Assembly: GCA_947624275.1 (NCBI GenBank)
Contig: CANQJR010000001.1
Location: 1,064 to 65,063 of the forward strand
From: an uncultured Bacilli bacterium
GTDB lineage: Bacteria; Bacillota_I; Bacilli_A; RF39; UBA660
Length of the DNA: 64,000 nt
Reading direction: 5' to 3'
Both the position numbers and the translations under genes were made by a program. Positions 28,996 to 38,686 of the stretch are shown here, piece by piece. Under the pieces are notes generated by a model, which saw only the letters and a list, made by a program, of their open reading frames with translations, did not search any database and was not told the DNA's origin. How positions within the stretch are numbered: position 1 is the stretch's first letter; the number at the start of each line of letters is the position of its first letter.

Positions 28996-29551
28996 ATTGG
29001 CAGTATTAGAGGGTTTGTTGTTCGTCGTTGGTGATGATGGGTTGACTTTAAACCAAATTGTGGAAATTTTGGGAATAGATTTAGATGAAGCTAAAGCTTT
29101 GATCATGGAACTTCGTCATGAGTATGAAAGGGAAAGTCGTGGAATCCAAATAAATATTTTGGGTGATCGTTTTAAATTGAGCACTAAAAAAGAACATCGT
29201 GAATATTATCAAAAATTGATCGAAACTCCTGACAACAACAGTTTGTCTCAAGCTGCTTTGGAGACTTTGGCCATAGTGGCTTATAACGAACCGTTGACGA
29301 GAGTTGAAATAGATGAAATTCGTGGAGTTAATTCTCGTGACATGCTTCGCAAATTAGTTGCTAAAGGATTGGTCAAAGAAGAGGGAAGAAGTGATATGCC
29401 AGGTCGTCCCATCCTCTATGCGACGACTAATGAGTTCCTCGATTATTTCGGTTTGTCGAGCAAAGAAGAACTTCCAAAATTTGAGAAGAAAGTGGAAGAA
29501 TCGATTGATGATACTGACTTATACCATTCCAAGTACGTTGAAGAAGATTAG
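28988..29551 (+). CDS. scpB: Segregation and condensation protein B
   Basis: LEGLLFVVGDDGLTLNQIVEILG winged-helix ScpB signature; RBS GAGGTGG; overlaps the scpA end. Confidence 0.85.
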   Translation: MNKLAVLEGLLFVVGDDGLTLNQIVEILGIDLDEAKALIMELRHEYERESRGIQINILGDRFKLSTKKEHREYYQKLIETPDNNSLSQAALETLAIVAYNEPLTRVEIDEIRGVNSRDMLRKLVAKGLVKEEGRSDMPGRPILYATTNEFLDYFGLSSKEELPKFEKKVEESIDDTDLYHSKYVEED

Positions 29552-29557
29552 ATTTTT

Positions 29558-30445
29558 ATGAAGAGACGCAATATTTTTATAATTATTATTTTAGTTGTTC
29601 TTTTACTCATCACTTTTGTCATTACTTTTTTTAATGATCACCAATATCAAAACGAGATAAAAAAAGTGAAGGATGAAGTGCTAGACTATTTAAAAGATAA
29701 ATATCATGAGGAGTTTACCATTGAAAATTTCAATCGCGTTAAAAATACTTATGACGCTGAAAAAAATGGTGATTACTTGACGCTTGACATGCAAAATTCC
29801 TATTTATATACATTTGAAATATCATCGGCAAGATTGATCAAATTTGACGTTTTTTATGTTCAATATAATGATCGTTCTGAATATGACGAACTAAAAGATT
29901 ATAATATTTTAAAAGAGGGTATATACGAAAATTACATCTATGAATACAAAACACGAGACATAAAGAGACAGATCAGGTCTAAAACTTTAGATATCATGCA
30001 CAATTCTAGTAGTTTAGATGTAGCTTTTGACGTTCTCTCATTAGATGAGACCAATATTTTGTTAGAGCGCACACTCGATAGTGCCACTACTCAAGAGTTG
30101 TATCATAAATATCGCCAATTGGATAAGACTAGTAGCAATCTAGAGTTTTATGAATTGGCCCGCCAAATAAATACTAGCGGTTCTTTAATAATAAATTTGG
30201 ATATCAACGATTATATCACCGTTAAAAATGTAGGTGATTTACAGACCCAGGTCAAGGAGTTAGTCAGTTATTTGCGCGAACTTGGATATGATTATTATGA
30301 TATAAATATGCATTTTAAAAATTATGAAACAGCTAGAGTAACGCGTTATTTAGATAATGGTCGCGAAGAGATTTATATGATTTTTGATTATGAGGAATAT
30401 GCTGATGTCAATCGTGATGAAAAATTAAACGTCTATATATTTTAA
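29558..30445 (+). CDS. Hypothetical N-terminally membrane-anchored protein (295 aa)
   Basis: Single N-terminal TM (IFIIIILVVLLLITFVITFF); no motif recognised. Confidence 0.45.
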   Translation: MKRRNIFIIIILVVLLLITFVITFFNDHQYQNEIKKVKDEVLDYLKDKYHEEFTIENFNRVKNTYDAEKNGDYLTLDMQNSYLYTFEISSARLIKFDVFYVQYNDRSEYDELKDYNILKEGIYENYIYEYKTRDIKRQIRSKTLDIMHNSSSLDVAFDVLSLDETNILLERTLDSATTQELYHKYRQLDKTSSNLEFYELARQINTSGSLIINLDINDYITVKNVGDLQTQVKELVSYLRELGYDYYDINMHFKNYETARVTRYLDNGREEIYMIFDYEEYADVNRDEKLNVYIF

Positions 30446-30535
30446 AAGAGATCCAGTTGTAAAACGAAGATCTTTTTTTGACTAAAAATGGGCAAAAACT
30501 GGAGTTGATGTTATAATTTGATTGGAAGTGATTTG

Positions 30536-31201
30536 ATGAATAAGAGAGAAAAGTTGGATATCATCTATGAGGATAGGGATATCATCGTCGTTAATAAACC
30601 CAGTAAACTTTTGACGATTTCTACTGATAATGAAAAGGAGAAAACCTTATTTCACAAAGTTATCAGTTATGAGAAAAAGAAGAATAAAAACAATAAAATT
30701 TTTATTGTTCATCGCCTTGATCGCGACACTAGTGGTATCGTTTTATTTGCTAAGAGTGAACAATTGAAGAAAAAGTTTCAAGACAATTGGGATGAATTGG
30801 TCAAAGTGCGCGAATACGTGGCTATCGTCGAAGGAAAGCCACCTAAGAAGAGTGGGACAGTTAGGAGTTGGTTAAAAGAGACCAAGACGTTATTGGTCTA
30901 TTCAGCAACGCGAATGGGTGATGGCAAAGAGGCCATAACTCATTATCGCCAAATAATGAATAATAGTAAGTTTACAATGCTGGACATTTTGATCGATACA
31001 GGACGAAAAAATCAGATTAGAGTCCATATGAGCGATATCGGTTGTCCCATTGTCGGTGATAAGAAATATGGTAGCAAAACTGATCCCATCAGAAGAATGG
31101 GATTACATGCCAATAAGTTGACTATTGTTCATCCCATAACCAAAAAAGAAATGACCTTTGAATGTGACATTCCCAATAGTTTTATAAAAATTGTTCAATA
31201 A
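30536..31201 (+). CDS. RluA-family pseudouridine synthase
   Basis: HRLDRDTSGIVLFAKS catalytic Asp motif; no S4 domain. Confidence 0.8.
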   Translation: MNKREKLDIIYEDRDIIVVNKPSKLLTISTDNEKEKTLFHKVISYEKKKNKNNKIFIVHRLDRDTSGIVLFAKSEQLKKKFQDNWDELVKVREYVAIVEGKPPKKSGTVRSWLKETKTLLVYSATRMGDGKEAITHYRQIMNNSKFTMLDILIDTGRKNQIRVHMSDIGCPIVGDKKYGSKTDPIRRMGLHANKLTIVHPITKKEMTFECDIPNSFIKIVQ

Positions 31202-31276
31202 GTGTCAATCAATTTTAATTTTGAAGCGCAATATTTATAATGATGATATAATATTTATAGAATAGAGGTGATCAAG

Positions 31277-31930
31277 ATGAGAGTTTGTGATTATAGTTTT
31301 CGTGAACTTGATCGTAAATGGGTTGGTATCACTGATAATAAAATGTGTAAAAAAATTGCTAAAAAGATCAAACAGAAAAAGTTGATCTGTCCCATCTTCG
31401 GTTTCTTTTACATCGATATGGACAATGGGTTATCGCTTCGTGTCGTTGGTAACATCGAAAAAGATGGACATCATAAATTGTATTTGGATGAGAAATTGAT
31501 TTTTAATGATGCTTTGATCGTCGACTATGATTTCGTCGAAAAGAGTGAAGTGACGATTCTTGATGATGAAGTCGTCGATAATTTGGATGGGGCGAGCGTT
31601 CTAGAAAATAAATTGTTATCAAATTATAAAAATGTGAATAATTTTTTGAGCACGAGAGAAATGCAAGAATTGGATGCATTTAGAAATCCGCAATTTCCTG
31701 ATGATGTTCAGGTTTTGTTACGAAATCATAACGATGATCCAGACGAACTCTTATGGGCTCGTATTGAAGGGATTATGGATGTCAAACCCGATGTTTTGAT
31801 CTGTCGCTTATTAACCAATTCATATTACAATAAGGAATACGTAGAGGATACGATGATTGGCGTCAAATATTTTGCGGATGATGATGCTTTAAAAGTTGTT
31901 GGATTGTTAAAAAAGAGAAATCAAAAATAA
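31277..31930 (+). CDS. Hypothetical protein (217 aa)
   Basis: RBS AGAGGTGA before ATG 31277; no family recognised. Confidence 0.4.
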   Translation: MRVCDYSFRELDRKWVGITDNKMCKKIAKKIKQKKLICPIFGFFYIDMDNGLSLRVVGNIEKDGHHKLYLDEKLIFNDALIVDYDFVEKSEVTILDDEVVDNLDGASVLENKLLSNYKNVNNFLSTREMQELDAFRNPQFPDDVQVLLRNHNDDPDELLWARIEGIMDVKPDVLICRLLTNSYYNKEYVEDTMIGVKYFADDDALKVVGLLKKRNQK

Positions 31931-31962
31931 AACCTTTGTCAAGTGACAGAGGTTTTATTTTT
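31929..31962. terminator. Bidirectional terminator between the 31277 gene (+) and clpB (-)
   Basis: AAAACCTTTGTCA-ag-TGACAGAGGTTTT hairpin followed by TATTTTTAT. Confidence 0.6.
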
Positions 31963-31963
31963 A

Positions 31964-34072
31964 TCATACAATTATTAATTGTCCATTTTGAACGTCAATA
32001 GTGACAGTAGAATTAAATTTGATCTTTTCTAAAATGATATTATTAGCGATCAATGTCTCTACGTTTCTAGCGACGTATCGTTTGACTGGACGAGCACCAT
32101 AGACCTCATCATATGATTCATCGATGATGAATTGACGAGCTTCATCGGTCAAAACAATTTTTATCTTTTTATCGCTTAGACGATTTTCGATATCTTTGAT
32201 TATTTTATCGAGAATCTGATGAACTATTTCTTTGGATAGAGCGTTAAAGATGATTATTTCATCGACGCGATTGATGAACTCTGGTTTAAAATTGCGCTGC
32301 AATTCTTTCATCACTAGATCTTTGCCATTGACGTTTTTATCTAAGATGTATTCACTTCCGAGATTGGATGTCATAATGATGATCGTATTTTTAAAATCGA
32401 CAGTTCGTCCTTGAGAATCAGTTATTCGTCCATCATCTAGTATTTGTAATAAAATGTTGAAAATGTCATGGTGGGCTTTTTCTATTTCGTCAAATAAGAC
32501 GATGCTATAGGGATTGCGACGAACGGCTTCAGTCAATTGTCCACCATCGTCATATCCGACATAACCGGGAGGTGAACCGATTAGACGACTGACAGAATGA
32601 GCTTCCATGTATTCACTCATATCGATGCGAATCATGTGGCGTTCATCATCGAATAATTCGTGGGCTAGCGTTCGGGCAACTTCGGTTTTTCCCACACCCG
32701 TAGGACCTAAAAAGATGAATGACCCGATGGGACGATTGGGATCTTTGATGCCGCTACGAGCACGAATGATGGCGTTGCTCACTAGGGATATTGCTTCATC
32801 CTGACCCATGACGCGCTTCTTCATATTGTTTTCGAGATTTAGCAATTTCTCCTTTTCACCACTGACGAGACGTTCGACGGGGATATTAGTCCATTTAGCA
32901 ATGATTGCCGCAATTGATTCATCATCGACCGTATCACTCAAAATGTCAGATTTGTTGCTCTTGCGGAGCTCATCTAATTCTTTTTCAAGTTTAGGAATCG
33001 TTCCATGACGCAAGATGGCAGCATTTTCTAAGTCGTATTCATCTTCAGCTTTTTCCAGTTTTCTTTGGGCTAATTCAATCTCTTCTTTTTTCTTGTTGAT
33101 ATTATTATTAATCTCTTTCTCTTCTTCCCATTTTTGGCGAAGATTTTTTTCTTTTTCCTTTAAAACTTCTAGTTTATTATCAATTTCTTCAATGCGCTTT
33201 TTAGAGAATTCATCTTTTTCTTTTTTCAAAGCCTCTTTTTCTACCTCTAATTGCATGATGTTACGCATGAGTTTGTCCAGTTCAAAAGGTAGTGATTCCA
33301 TTTGGACTTTAATGGTGGCACAAGCTTCATCGATCAAATCAATAGCTTTATCTGGCAAATAGCGATCTGTTATGTAACGATTGGATAGAGTAGCTGCCGC
33401 CACTAGAGCTTTATCTTTGATGTTAACCCCATGATATACTTCAAAACGCGATTTTAGACCGCGCAGAATGGTGATGGTGTCCAATACAGTTGGCTCTTGC
33501 ACTTGCACTTTTTGAAAACGTCGTTCAAGAGCGCCATCTTTTTCAATATATTTGCGGTATTCGTTGAGGGTTGTCGCACCTATACAGTGTATTTCGCCAC
33601 GAGCTAACATCGGCTTTAACATATTTCCAGCATCCATAGCTGAATCATCTCCATTGGAGTGGACAATCATGTGAATTTCATCGATGAACATGATGATCTC
33701 TCCATTAGAGTTTTTAATTTCTTTTAAAACAGCCTTCAATCTTTCCTCAAATTCACCACGGTATTTAGCTCCAGCTACTAAAGCTCCCATATCTAGTTCC
33801 CAAATTTGTTTATTTTTTAGGCTGTTCGGAACATCACCTTTGACAATTCTTTGGGCTAGTCCTTCGACAATGGCTGTTTTTCCAACTCCCGGTTCACCGA
33901 TTAAGACGGGATTATTTTTGGTCTTACGCGACAAAATTCTAGTGATGCTTCGGATTTCTTCATCACGACCGATGACGGGATCGATTTTGCCATCTTTGAC
34001 AGCATCAGTGATGTTGCGACCATACTTTTCTAAAACATTTTCTAAATTTTCTTGAAATGGATTATTATTCAT
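31964..34072 (-). CDS. clpB: ClpB-type AAA+ disaggregase without the N-terminal domain
   Basis: Two AAA+ modules ([16 protein letters not shown]), long coiled-coil middle domain between NBD1 and NBD2, starts directly at the NBD1 lead-in ([27 protein letters not shown]). RBS GGAGG 7 nt before ATG 34072. Confidence 0.85.
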   Translation of the reverse strand: MNNNPFQENLENVLEKYGRNITDAVKDGKIDPVIGRDEEIRSITRILSRKTKNNPVLIGEPGVGKTAIVEGLAQRIVKGDVPNSLKNKQIWELDMGALVAGAKYRGEFEERLKAVLKEIKNSNGEIIMFIDEIHMIVHSNGDDSAMDAGNMLKPMLARGEIHCIGATTLNEYRKYIEKDGALERRFQKVQVQEPTVLDTITILRGLKSRFEVYHGVNIKDKALVAAATLSNRYITDRYLPDKAIDLIDEACATIKVQMESLPFELDKLMRNIMQLEVEKEALKKEKDEFSKKRIEEIDNKLEVLKEKEKNLRQKWEEEKEINNNINKKKEEIELAQRKLEKAEDEYDLENAAILRHGTIPKLEKELDELRKSNKSDILSDTVDDESIAAIIAKWTNIPVERLVSGEKEKLLNLENNMKKRVMGQDEAISLVSNAIIRARSGIKDPNRPIGSFIFLGPTGVGKTEVARTLAHELFDDERHMIRIDMSEYMEAHSVSRLIGSPPGYVGYDDGGQLTEAVRRNPYSIVLFDEIEKAHHDIFNILLQILDDGRITDSQGRTVDFKNTIIIMTSNLGSEYILDKNVNGKDLVMKELQRNFKPEFINRVDEIIIFNALSKEIVHQILDKIIKDIENRLSDKKIKIVLTDEARQFIIDESYDEVYGARPVKRYVARNVETLIANNIILEKIKFNSTVTIDVQNGQLIIV

Positions 34073-34209
34073 AGCCATTCCTCCTTTTCCATAACTGATT
34101 ATAACACGATTTTAGCACTTGTCAATAGAGAGTGCTAATGCAATTTGCTTTTTTTTATAGCATATGATAAAATATAGGTACTTTATGAGATGAATGAGGT
34201 GTTCAATCA

Positions 34210-34857
34210 TTGAAAAATAATCGATTTATTACATTAGTTATTTCGTGTTTTATATTGTTGATTGGCATAGTTTATTTTCTTTGGCAAGATGAGTCTAGCC
34301 GCTATTTGAGTCTAGATGGACTATACTTGGGGCAAAGTAAAAAAATGGGCGTTGAAGAAAAACCTATCGATATCAGTGGTGTAGCACTTGGAGTTACCGA
34401 TAATATTGATAATGTCGCTATTAAAAAGGTGGCCATTGAGATTGAGAGATATGAAGTTTTTGATGGCCTAACGATGGAAGAGTTGACTAAAAAACTCAAC
34501 AAGTCCCTCAAAGGTGTCTTATCAAATAAAGGTGAAATGATCGCTACTAAATGTTTGAAACTGAACATGGATCCATATATGGCCGTTGCCATAATGTTAC
34601 ATGAGACCGGTTGTAATTATGGTTGCAGCAGTCTAGCTCGTAATTATTATAATGTTGGTGGCATGAAAGCGGGCAATGGCAATTATCAAAAGTTTTCTTC
34701 AATCGATGAAGGAATAAATACATTTTTGAACAATTTGTATGGCAATTATTATAAACAGGGTTTAAATACGCCGGAGAAGATCAACAGCAAATATGCCTCT
34801 TCTAAGACGTGGTCAAAACAAATAAAAAAATATATGGAAACGATCAAAAATAAATAG
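34210..34857 (+). CDS. Membrane-anchored glucosaminidase-domain protein (putative peptidoglycan hydrolase)
   Basis: TTG start after GAGGTG; N-terminal TM; AIMLHETGCNYGCSSLARNYYNVGGMKAG resembles the mannosyl-glycoprotein endo-beta-N-acetylglucosaminidase domain. Confidence 0.5.
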   Translation: MKNNRFITLVISCFILLIGIVYFLWQDESSRYLSLDGLYLGQSKKMGVEEKPIDISGVALGVTDNIDNVAIKKVAIEIERYEVFDGLTMEELTKKLNKSLKGVLSNKGEMIATKCLKLNMDPYMAVAIMLHETGCNYGCSSLARNYYNVGGMKAGNGNYQKFSSIDEGINTFLNNLYGNYYKQGLNTPEKINSKYASSKTWSKQIKKYMETIKNK

Positions 34858-34864
34858 TTGTAAA

Positions 34865-34889
34865 AGACGAAAAAAATCGTCTTTTTTTT
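34865..34889 (+). terminator. Rho-independent terminator
   Basis: AGACGA-aaaaaa-TCGTCT stem followed by TTTTTTTT. Confidence 0.6.
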
Positions 34890-35306
34890 GTTCGACAAAT
34901 GTTCGATTTGTGAATCGTGTTAAATGACGTCAAGAAAAATGGAAATTTTTACATATTTTTGAAAAAAAAGAATTTTTTCATTCGATATATTAATTGGGAA
35001 AAAATAAAAAAATTAAAAAAAATTAAAAATTGAAAATGTCAAATTTTCAATTTTTTTCAAAAAAAATTAAAATGTAAACCAAAGTTAAAAATGTGTTAAT
35101 TCCTTTAAAATCAAGGAAAAATGTCTTTTTAAAGCACAAAAATAATTTTTTTAAAAAAATCAAAAAAATGAAAATGTCAAAAATGTAAAATTTAAAAAAA
35201 ATAATTTTTTGGTGAAAATTATTTGTTTGTCTTGATATATAAGAGAAATAGTTTATTGCATAGAACAAATATTCGAAAATTTAATAAAAAAACTTCCGAA
35301 ATATTA

Positions 35307-35336
35307 TTGACTATGACAAAAAAATTATATTACAAT
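35307..35336 (+). promoter_or_regulatory. Sigma-A-type promoter of nrdD (TTGACT-18-TACAAT)
   Basis: Near-consensus -35 and -10 hexamers about 40 nt upstream of the nrdD ATG. Confidence 0.5.
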
Positions 35337-35376
35337 GGCATTGAAAAGAGGTAATATTGAAAGGAGTATTTTGTTT

Positions 35377-37686
35377 ATGAATGAAGAGACTTTAAACAAC
35401 TTGAAAGTAGTCAAAAGAAATGGTAAAAAAGTTGATTTTGACGGAACAAAAATTGCTGTTGCAATAAAAAAAGGTTTTGATAATTTAAAAACGGATCGTT
35501 ATGCATATTTATCTTTAGGTAATGAATATACTGAAAAAGATAGCCAAAAAGTATTTCAATCTGTTATGAAGAGAATAGATAAAGAATATAGAGACGCTGA
35601 TAAGATTAAAATTGAAGAAATTCAAGACATGATTGAAGATGAACTCAAGAAAAAAGGTTATACAGATGTATATGAATCTTTTGCTGATTATCGTGAGAAG
35701 AGAAGACAATCACGTGAAATGTTCTCCGATGATAAAAAGATGCATAAATTCTTGAAGACGATAGAAGGTTTAGGACTAAAGTCATCTGTTGAAGACAACA
35801 CTAAGAGAGAAAATGCTAACGTCAATGGTGATACAGCTATGGGAACGATGCTTCAATACGGTTCAACTGTATCCAAAGAATTTGCTAAAGATTATTTGAT
35901 GAAAAAGAAATTTGCTGATCTTCATGACAATGGTGATATTCACATCCATGATTTGGATTTTATGCCAATGGGAACTACTACTTGTATGCAAATCGATTTG
36001 GAAAAATTGTTCAAGAATGGTTTTTCGACAGGACATGGACATTTGAGAACACCAAATGACATCATGAGTTATACAGCTCTAGCTGCTATCGCCATCCAAT
36101 CAAATCAAAATGATCAACATGGTGGACAGAGCATTCCTGCTTTTGATTATTATATGGCTCCAGGAGTGTTGAAGACGTTTAAAAAACAATTTAAACAGAC
36201 GATTGCTGATCTATTAGATTATACTGATTTTAATAAATTTATAAACATGAGTACCATTGCTAAAGACATCGATAAAATTGATAGTATTGATGTCGATCTC
36301 GCAATGTTTGAGAAGTATGAGAAAGATAGTGGACAACTACATCGCTTATTTTCAATGGCTTATGATAAAGCTCTAGCTAAAACTGATCGCATCACTTTTC
36401 AAGCTATGGAGGCTTTCGTTCACAATTTGAACACGATGCATTCAAGAGCTGGTGCACAAGTACCATTCTCATCTATCAATTTCGGAACAGATACATCACT
36501 AGAGGGAAGAATGGTCATCAAGAATTATTTGTTAGCTGTCGACAAAGGATTAGGACATAGTGAGACTCCAATTTTCCCAATATCAATTTTTAAGGTAAAA
36601 GAAGGAGTTAACTATAATCCAGAAGATCCAAACTACGATTTATTCAAATTGTCTTGTAAAGTTTCAGCTAAGAGATTATTCCCTAATTTTTCATTTATCG
36701 ATGCACCATTCAATCTTCAGTATTATAATCCTAATGATTATCGTACAGAAGTTGGTTATATGGGATGTCGTACGAGAGTTTTAGCCAATGTCGTCGATCC
36801 AGATCGTGCCATTACACCTGGACGTGGTAATTTGTCATTTACATCAATCAATTTGCCACGATTAGGAATTAAACATGGTAAGGTATTGGGTAGAGAAGAA
36901 ACTGATTTAGATGGTTTCTTTGAAGAACTCGGTGAGTTGGTTGAGACGGTCAAAGATCAATTATTGGAGAGATTTGAGATTCAATGTAGTAAACATATCT
37001 ATAACTTCCCATTCTTACTCGGACAAGGCGTTTGGTTAGATTCTGAGAAGTTAAAAGATAATGACCGCATTAGAAGAGTGTTGAAACATGGAACTTTAAG
37101 TATCGGTTTCATCGGACTTGCTGAATGCTTAAAAGCTTTGATAGGACAACATCATGGTGAGAGTGACGAAGCTCAAGAATTAGGTCTAAAAATAGTTAAA
37201 TTCATTAGAGATAAATGTGATGAATATTCACAACGCTATAATCTAAACTTTACTTGTTTAGCAACACCTGCTGAAGGGTTGAGTGGAAGGTTTACAAGTA
37301 TTGATAAAGCCATATATGGTAAGATCAAAGGCGTTACAGATCGTGCTTATTACACCAATTCTTTCCACGTTCCAGTATATTACAACATAACTATTAAAAA
37401 TAAACTTCATAAGGAAGGACCATATCATGCCTTGACTAATGCTGGACACATCTCTTATATCGAATTAGATGGTGATCCAAGTGAAAACTTAGATGCCTTC
37501 GAAAGAGTGATAAGAATTATGAAAGAAGAAGGAATTGGTTATGGAGCTGTCAACCATCCTGTTGATCGCGATCCTGTTTGTGGATATGTCGGGGTTATTG
37601 GTGACGTTTGCCCAGGTTGCGGAAGACGCGAGGGTGAAGGTGTAAGTTATGAGAAAATGACTACATTAAATTGTGGTTGTAAATAA
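35377..37686 (+). CDS. nrdD: Anaerobic ribonucleoside-triphosphate reductase (class III), catalytic body ending after the Cys-rich zinc-ribbon segment
   Basis: N-terminal ATP-cone (VVKRNGKKVDFDGTKIAVAIKKGF); class III RNR core; C-terminus ...VCGYVGVIGDVCPGCGRREGEGVSYEKMTTLNCGCK then stop; RBS AAAGGAG. Confidence 0.85.
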   Translation: MNEETLNNLKVVKRNGKKVDFDGTKIAVAIKKGFDNLKTDRYAYLSLGNEYTEKDSQKVFQSVMKRIDKEYRDADKIKIEEIQDMIEDELKKKGYTDVYESFADYREKRRQSREMFSDDKKMHKFLKTIEGLGLKSSVEDNTKRENANVNGDTAMGTMLQYGSTVSKEFAKDYLMKKKFADLHDNGDIHIHDLDFMPMGTTTCMQIDLEKLFKNGFSTGHGHLRTPNDIMSYTALAAIAIQSNQNDQHGGQSIPAFDYYMAPGVLKTFKKQFKQTIADLLDYTDFNKFINMSTIAKDIDKIDSIDVDLAMFEKYEKDSGQLHRLFSMAYDKALAKTDRITFQAMEAFVHNLNTMHSRAGAQVPFSSINFGTDTSLEGRMVIKNYLLAVDKGLGHSETPIFPISIFKVKEGVNYNPEDPNYDLFKLSCKVSAKRLFPNFSFIDAPFNLQYYNPNDYRTEVGYMGCRTRVLANVVDPDRAITPGRGNLSFTSINLPRLGIKHGKVLGREETDLDGFFEELGELVETVKDQLLERFEIQCSKHIYNFPFLLGQGVWLDSEKLKDNDRIRRVLKHGTLSIGFIGLAECLKALIGQHHGESDEAQELGLKIVKFIRDKCDEYSQRYNLNFTCLATPAEGLSGRFTSIDKAIYGKIKGVTDRAYYTNSFHVPVYYNITIKNKLHKEGPYHALTNAGHISYIELDGDPSENLDAFERVIRIMKEEGIGYGAVNHPVDRDPVCGYVGVIGDVCPGCGRREGEGVSYEKMTTLNCGCK

Positions 37687-37709
37687 AAAAAGAAGAGAGG
37701 TAGAAAAAT

Positions 37710-37892
37710 ATGAAAAATGAAATGAAAGAAGAAGAAAAGAAAAATGTAAAAATGGTAGGGGAAGGTGTAGGATTCGAAAGAATTAGAAGAATTACTGGAT
37801 ATCTAGTAGGTACTGTTGATCGCTTTAACGATGCTAAACGTGCTGAAGTAGAAGATCGAGTAAAACATGGTGGAAAAGAAGTTTATCTATAG
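37710..37892 (+). CDS. Separate 60-aa glycyl-radical domain protein matching the NrdD C-terminal tail (RITGYLVG...KRAEVEDRVKH)
   Basis: Own RBS (GAGAGG) and ATG 23 nt after the nrdD stop, in a different frame. Contains the NrdD-type glycyl radical motif R-I-T-G-Y-L and the tail GK/AKRAEVxDRVKH. Confidence 0.65.
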   Translation: MKNEMKEEEKKNVKMVGEGVGFERIRRITGYLVGTVDRFNDAKRAEVEDRVKHGGKEVYL

Positions 37893-37894
37893 AG

Positions 37895-38455
37895 ATGAAC
37901 ATTCGTTTAGCTGCACCGCTTCAGAGAAATAGCATTGTTGATGGAGAAGGAATTAGGGCAGTTGTTTGGACACAGGGGTGTACGCATAATTGCCCTGGTT
38001 GTCACAATCCAGAAACTCATGATTTGACTGGTGGTACTTTGGTGGATATTGAAGAATTGAAAAAAGAGATTAGGTCTTTGAGTGAGGAAAATGGCGTGAC
38101 GTTGAGTGGTGGCGATCCTTTCTTTCAACCAAAAGAATGCCTAGAAGTTGCTAAATGTTGTCATGAATGTGGCTTAAACGTTTGGTGCTATACTGGATAT
38201 ACATATGAACAACTAATGGCATTAGCGAAAAAAAAGAAACAGATTTTGGCTTTTCTGCAAGAGATAGATGTCTTAGTAGATGGACCTTTTATCCTTAAAG
38301 AAAAGAGTTATGATGTCAAATTTCGCGGTTCTAAGAATCAACGCATAATTGATGTCCGTCAGAGTCTAAAGACTAATAAAGTAGTTGAAATTCCTAAATA
38401 TCGTTATGTTGAAAACGCTGTTCCTGAAGAGAGAGAAATAAAGGTATACATTTGA
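37895..38455 (+). CDS. nrdG: Anaerobic ribonucleotide reductase-activating protein (radical SAM)
   Basis: CTHNCPGC radical-SAM cluster motif; position downstream of nrdD. Confidence 0.85.
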   Translation: MNIRLAAPLQRNSIVDGEGIRAVVWTQGCTHNCPGCHNPETHDLTGGTLVDIEELKKEIRSLSEENGVTLSGGDPFFQPKECLEVAKCCHECGLNVWCYTGYTYEQLMALAKKKKQILAFLQEIDVLVDGPFILKEKSYDVKFRGSKNQRIIDVRQSLKTNKVVEIPKYRYVENAVPEEREIKVYI

Positions 38456-38480
38456 GAGTGCTTGATGGCACTCTTTTTGT
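38455..38480 (+). terminator. Rho-independent terminator after nrdG
   Basis: AGAGTGC-ttgatg-GCACTCT stem followed by TTTTTGT. Confidence 0.7.
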
Positions 38481-38504
38481 TATAATAGATTTGAGGAGAT
38501 AGGT

Positions 38505-38684
38505 ATGGATAATAAAGATGTGATTGCAAAAGAAAATATGCTGTCAAAAGAGATGATGGAAAAAATAAAAAATAAAGCACAAAAAAATGATGAGGGTGAT
38601 GAGGCGATTGCTGATTTCACTTATGATGCTATGATATCTAAAAAAGAGAACTATGAAGACATCTATAAGGATTATGGTGATTGA
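38505..38684 (+). CDS. Small acidic hypothetical protein (59 aa, MDNKDVIAKENMLSKEMMEKIKNK...)
   Basis: RBS GAGGAG 6 nt upstream; TATAAT box upstream; below the ORF-track cutoff. Confidence 0.35.
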   Translation: MDNKDVIAKENMLSKEMMEKIKNKAQKNDEGDEAIADFTYDAMISKKENYEDIYKDYGD

Positions 38685-38686
38685 TC

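Noticed and set aside
32232-34055. Several 60-123 aa ORFs on the + strand (32232, 32607, 32808, 33015, 33684) inside the clpB region
   Set aside because: They lie entirely antisense to the strongly supported clpB CDS, are Ser/Leu-rich low-complexity translations, and have no RBS.
34890-35376. Possible tRNA, small RNA or CRISPR in the long intergenic region
   Set aside because: No cloverleaf-compatible GC-rich segments and no regularly spaced direct repeats of 25-40 nt. The repeats are short (7-12 nt) and A/T-only.
37560-37580. VCGYVG segment inside the main nrdD ORF as the glycyl radical site
   Set aside because: Position before the CPGC/CGC zinc-ribbon cysteines and absence of the downstream GK..E...R..H tail argue against it. 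The canonical tail is in the separate 60-aa ORF. Kept only as an alternative hypothesis in the findings.
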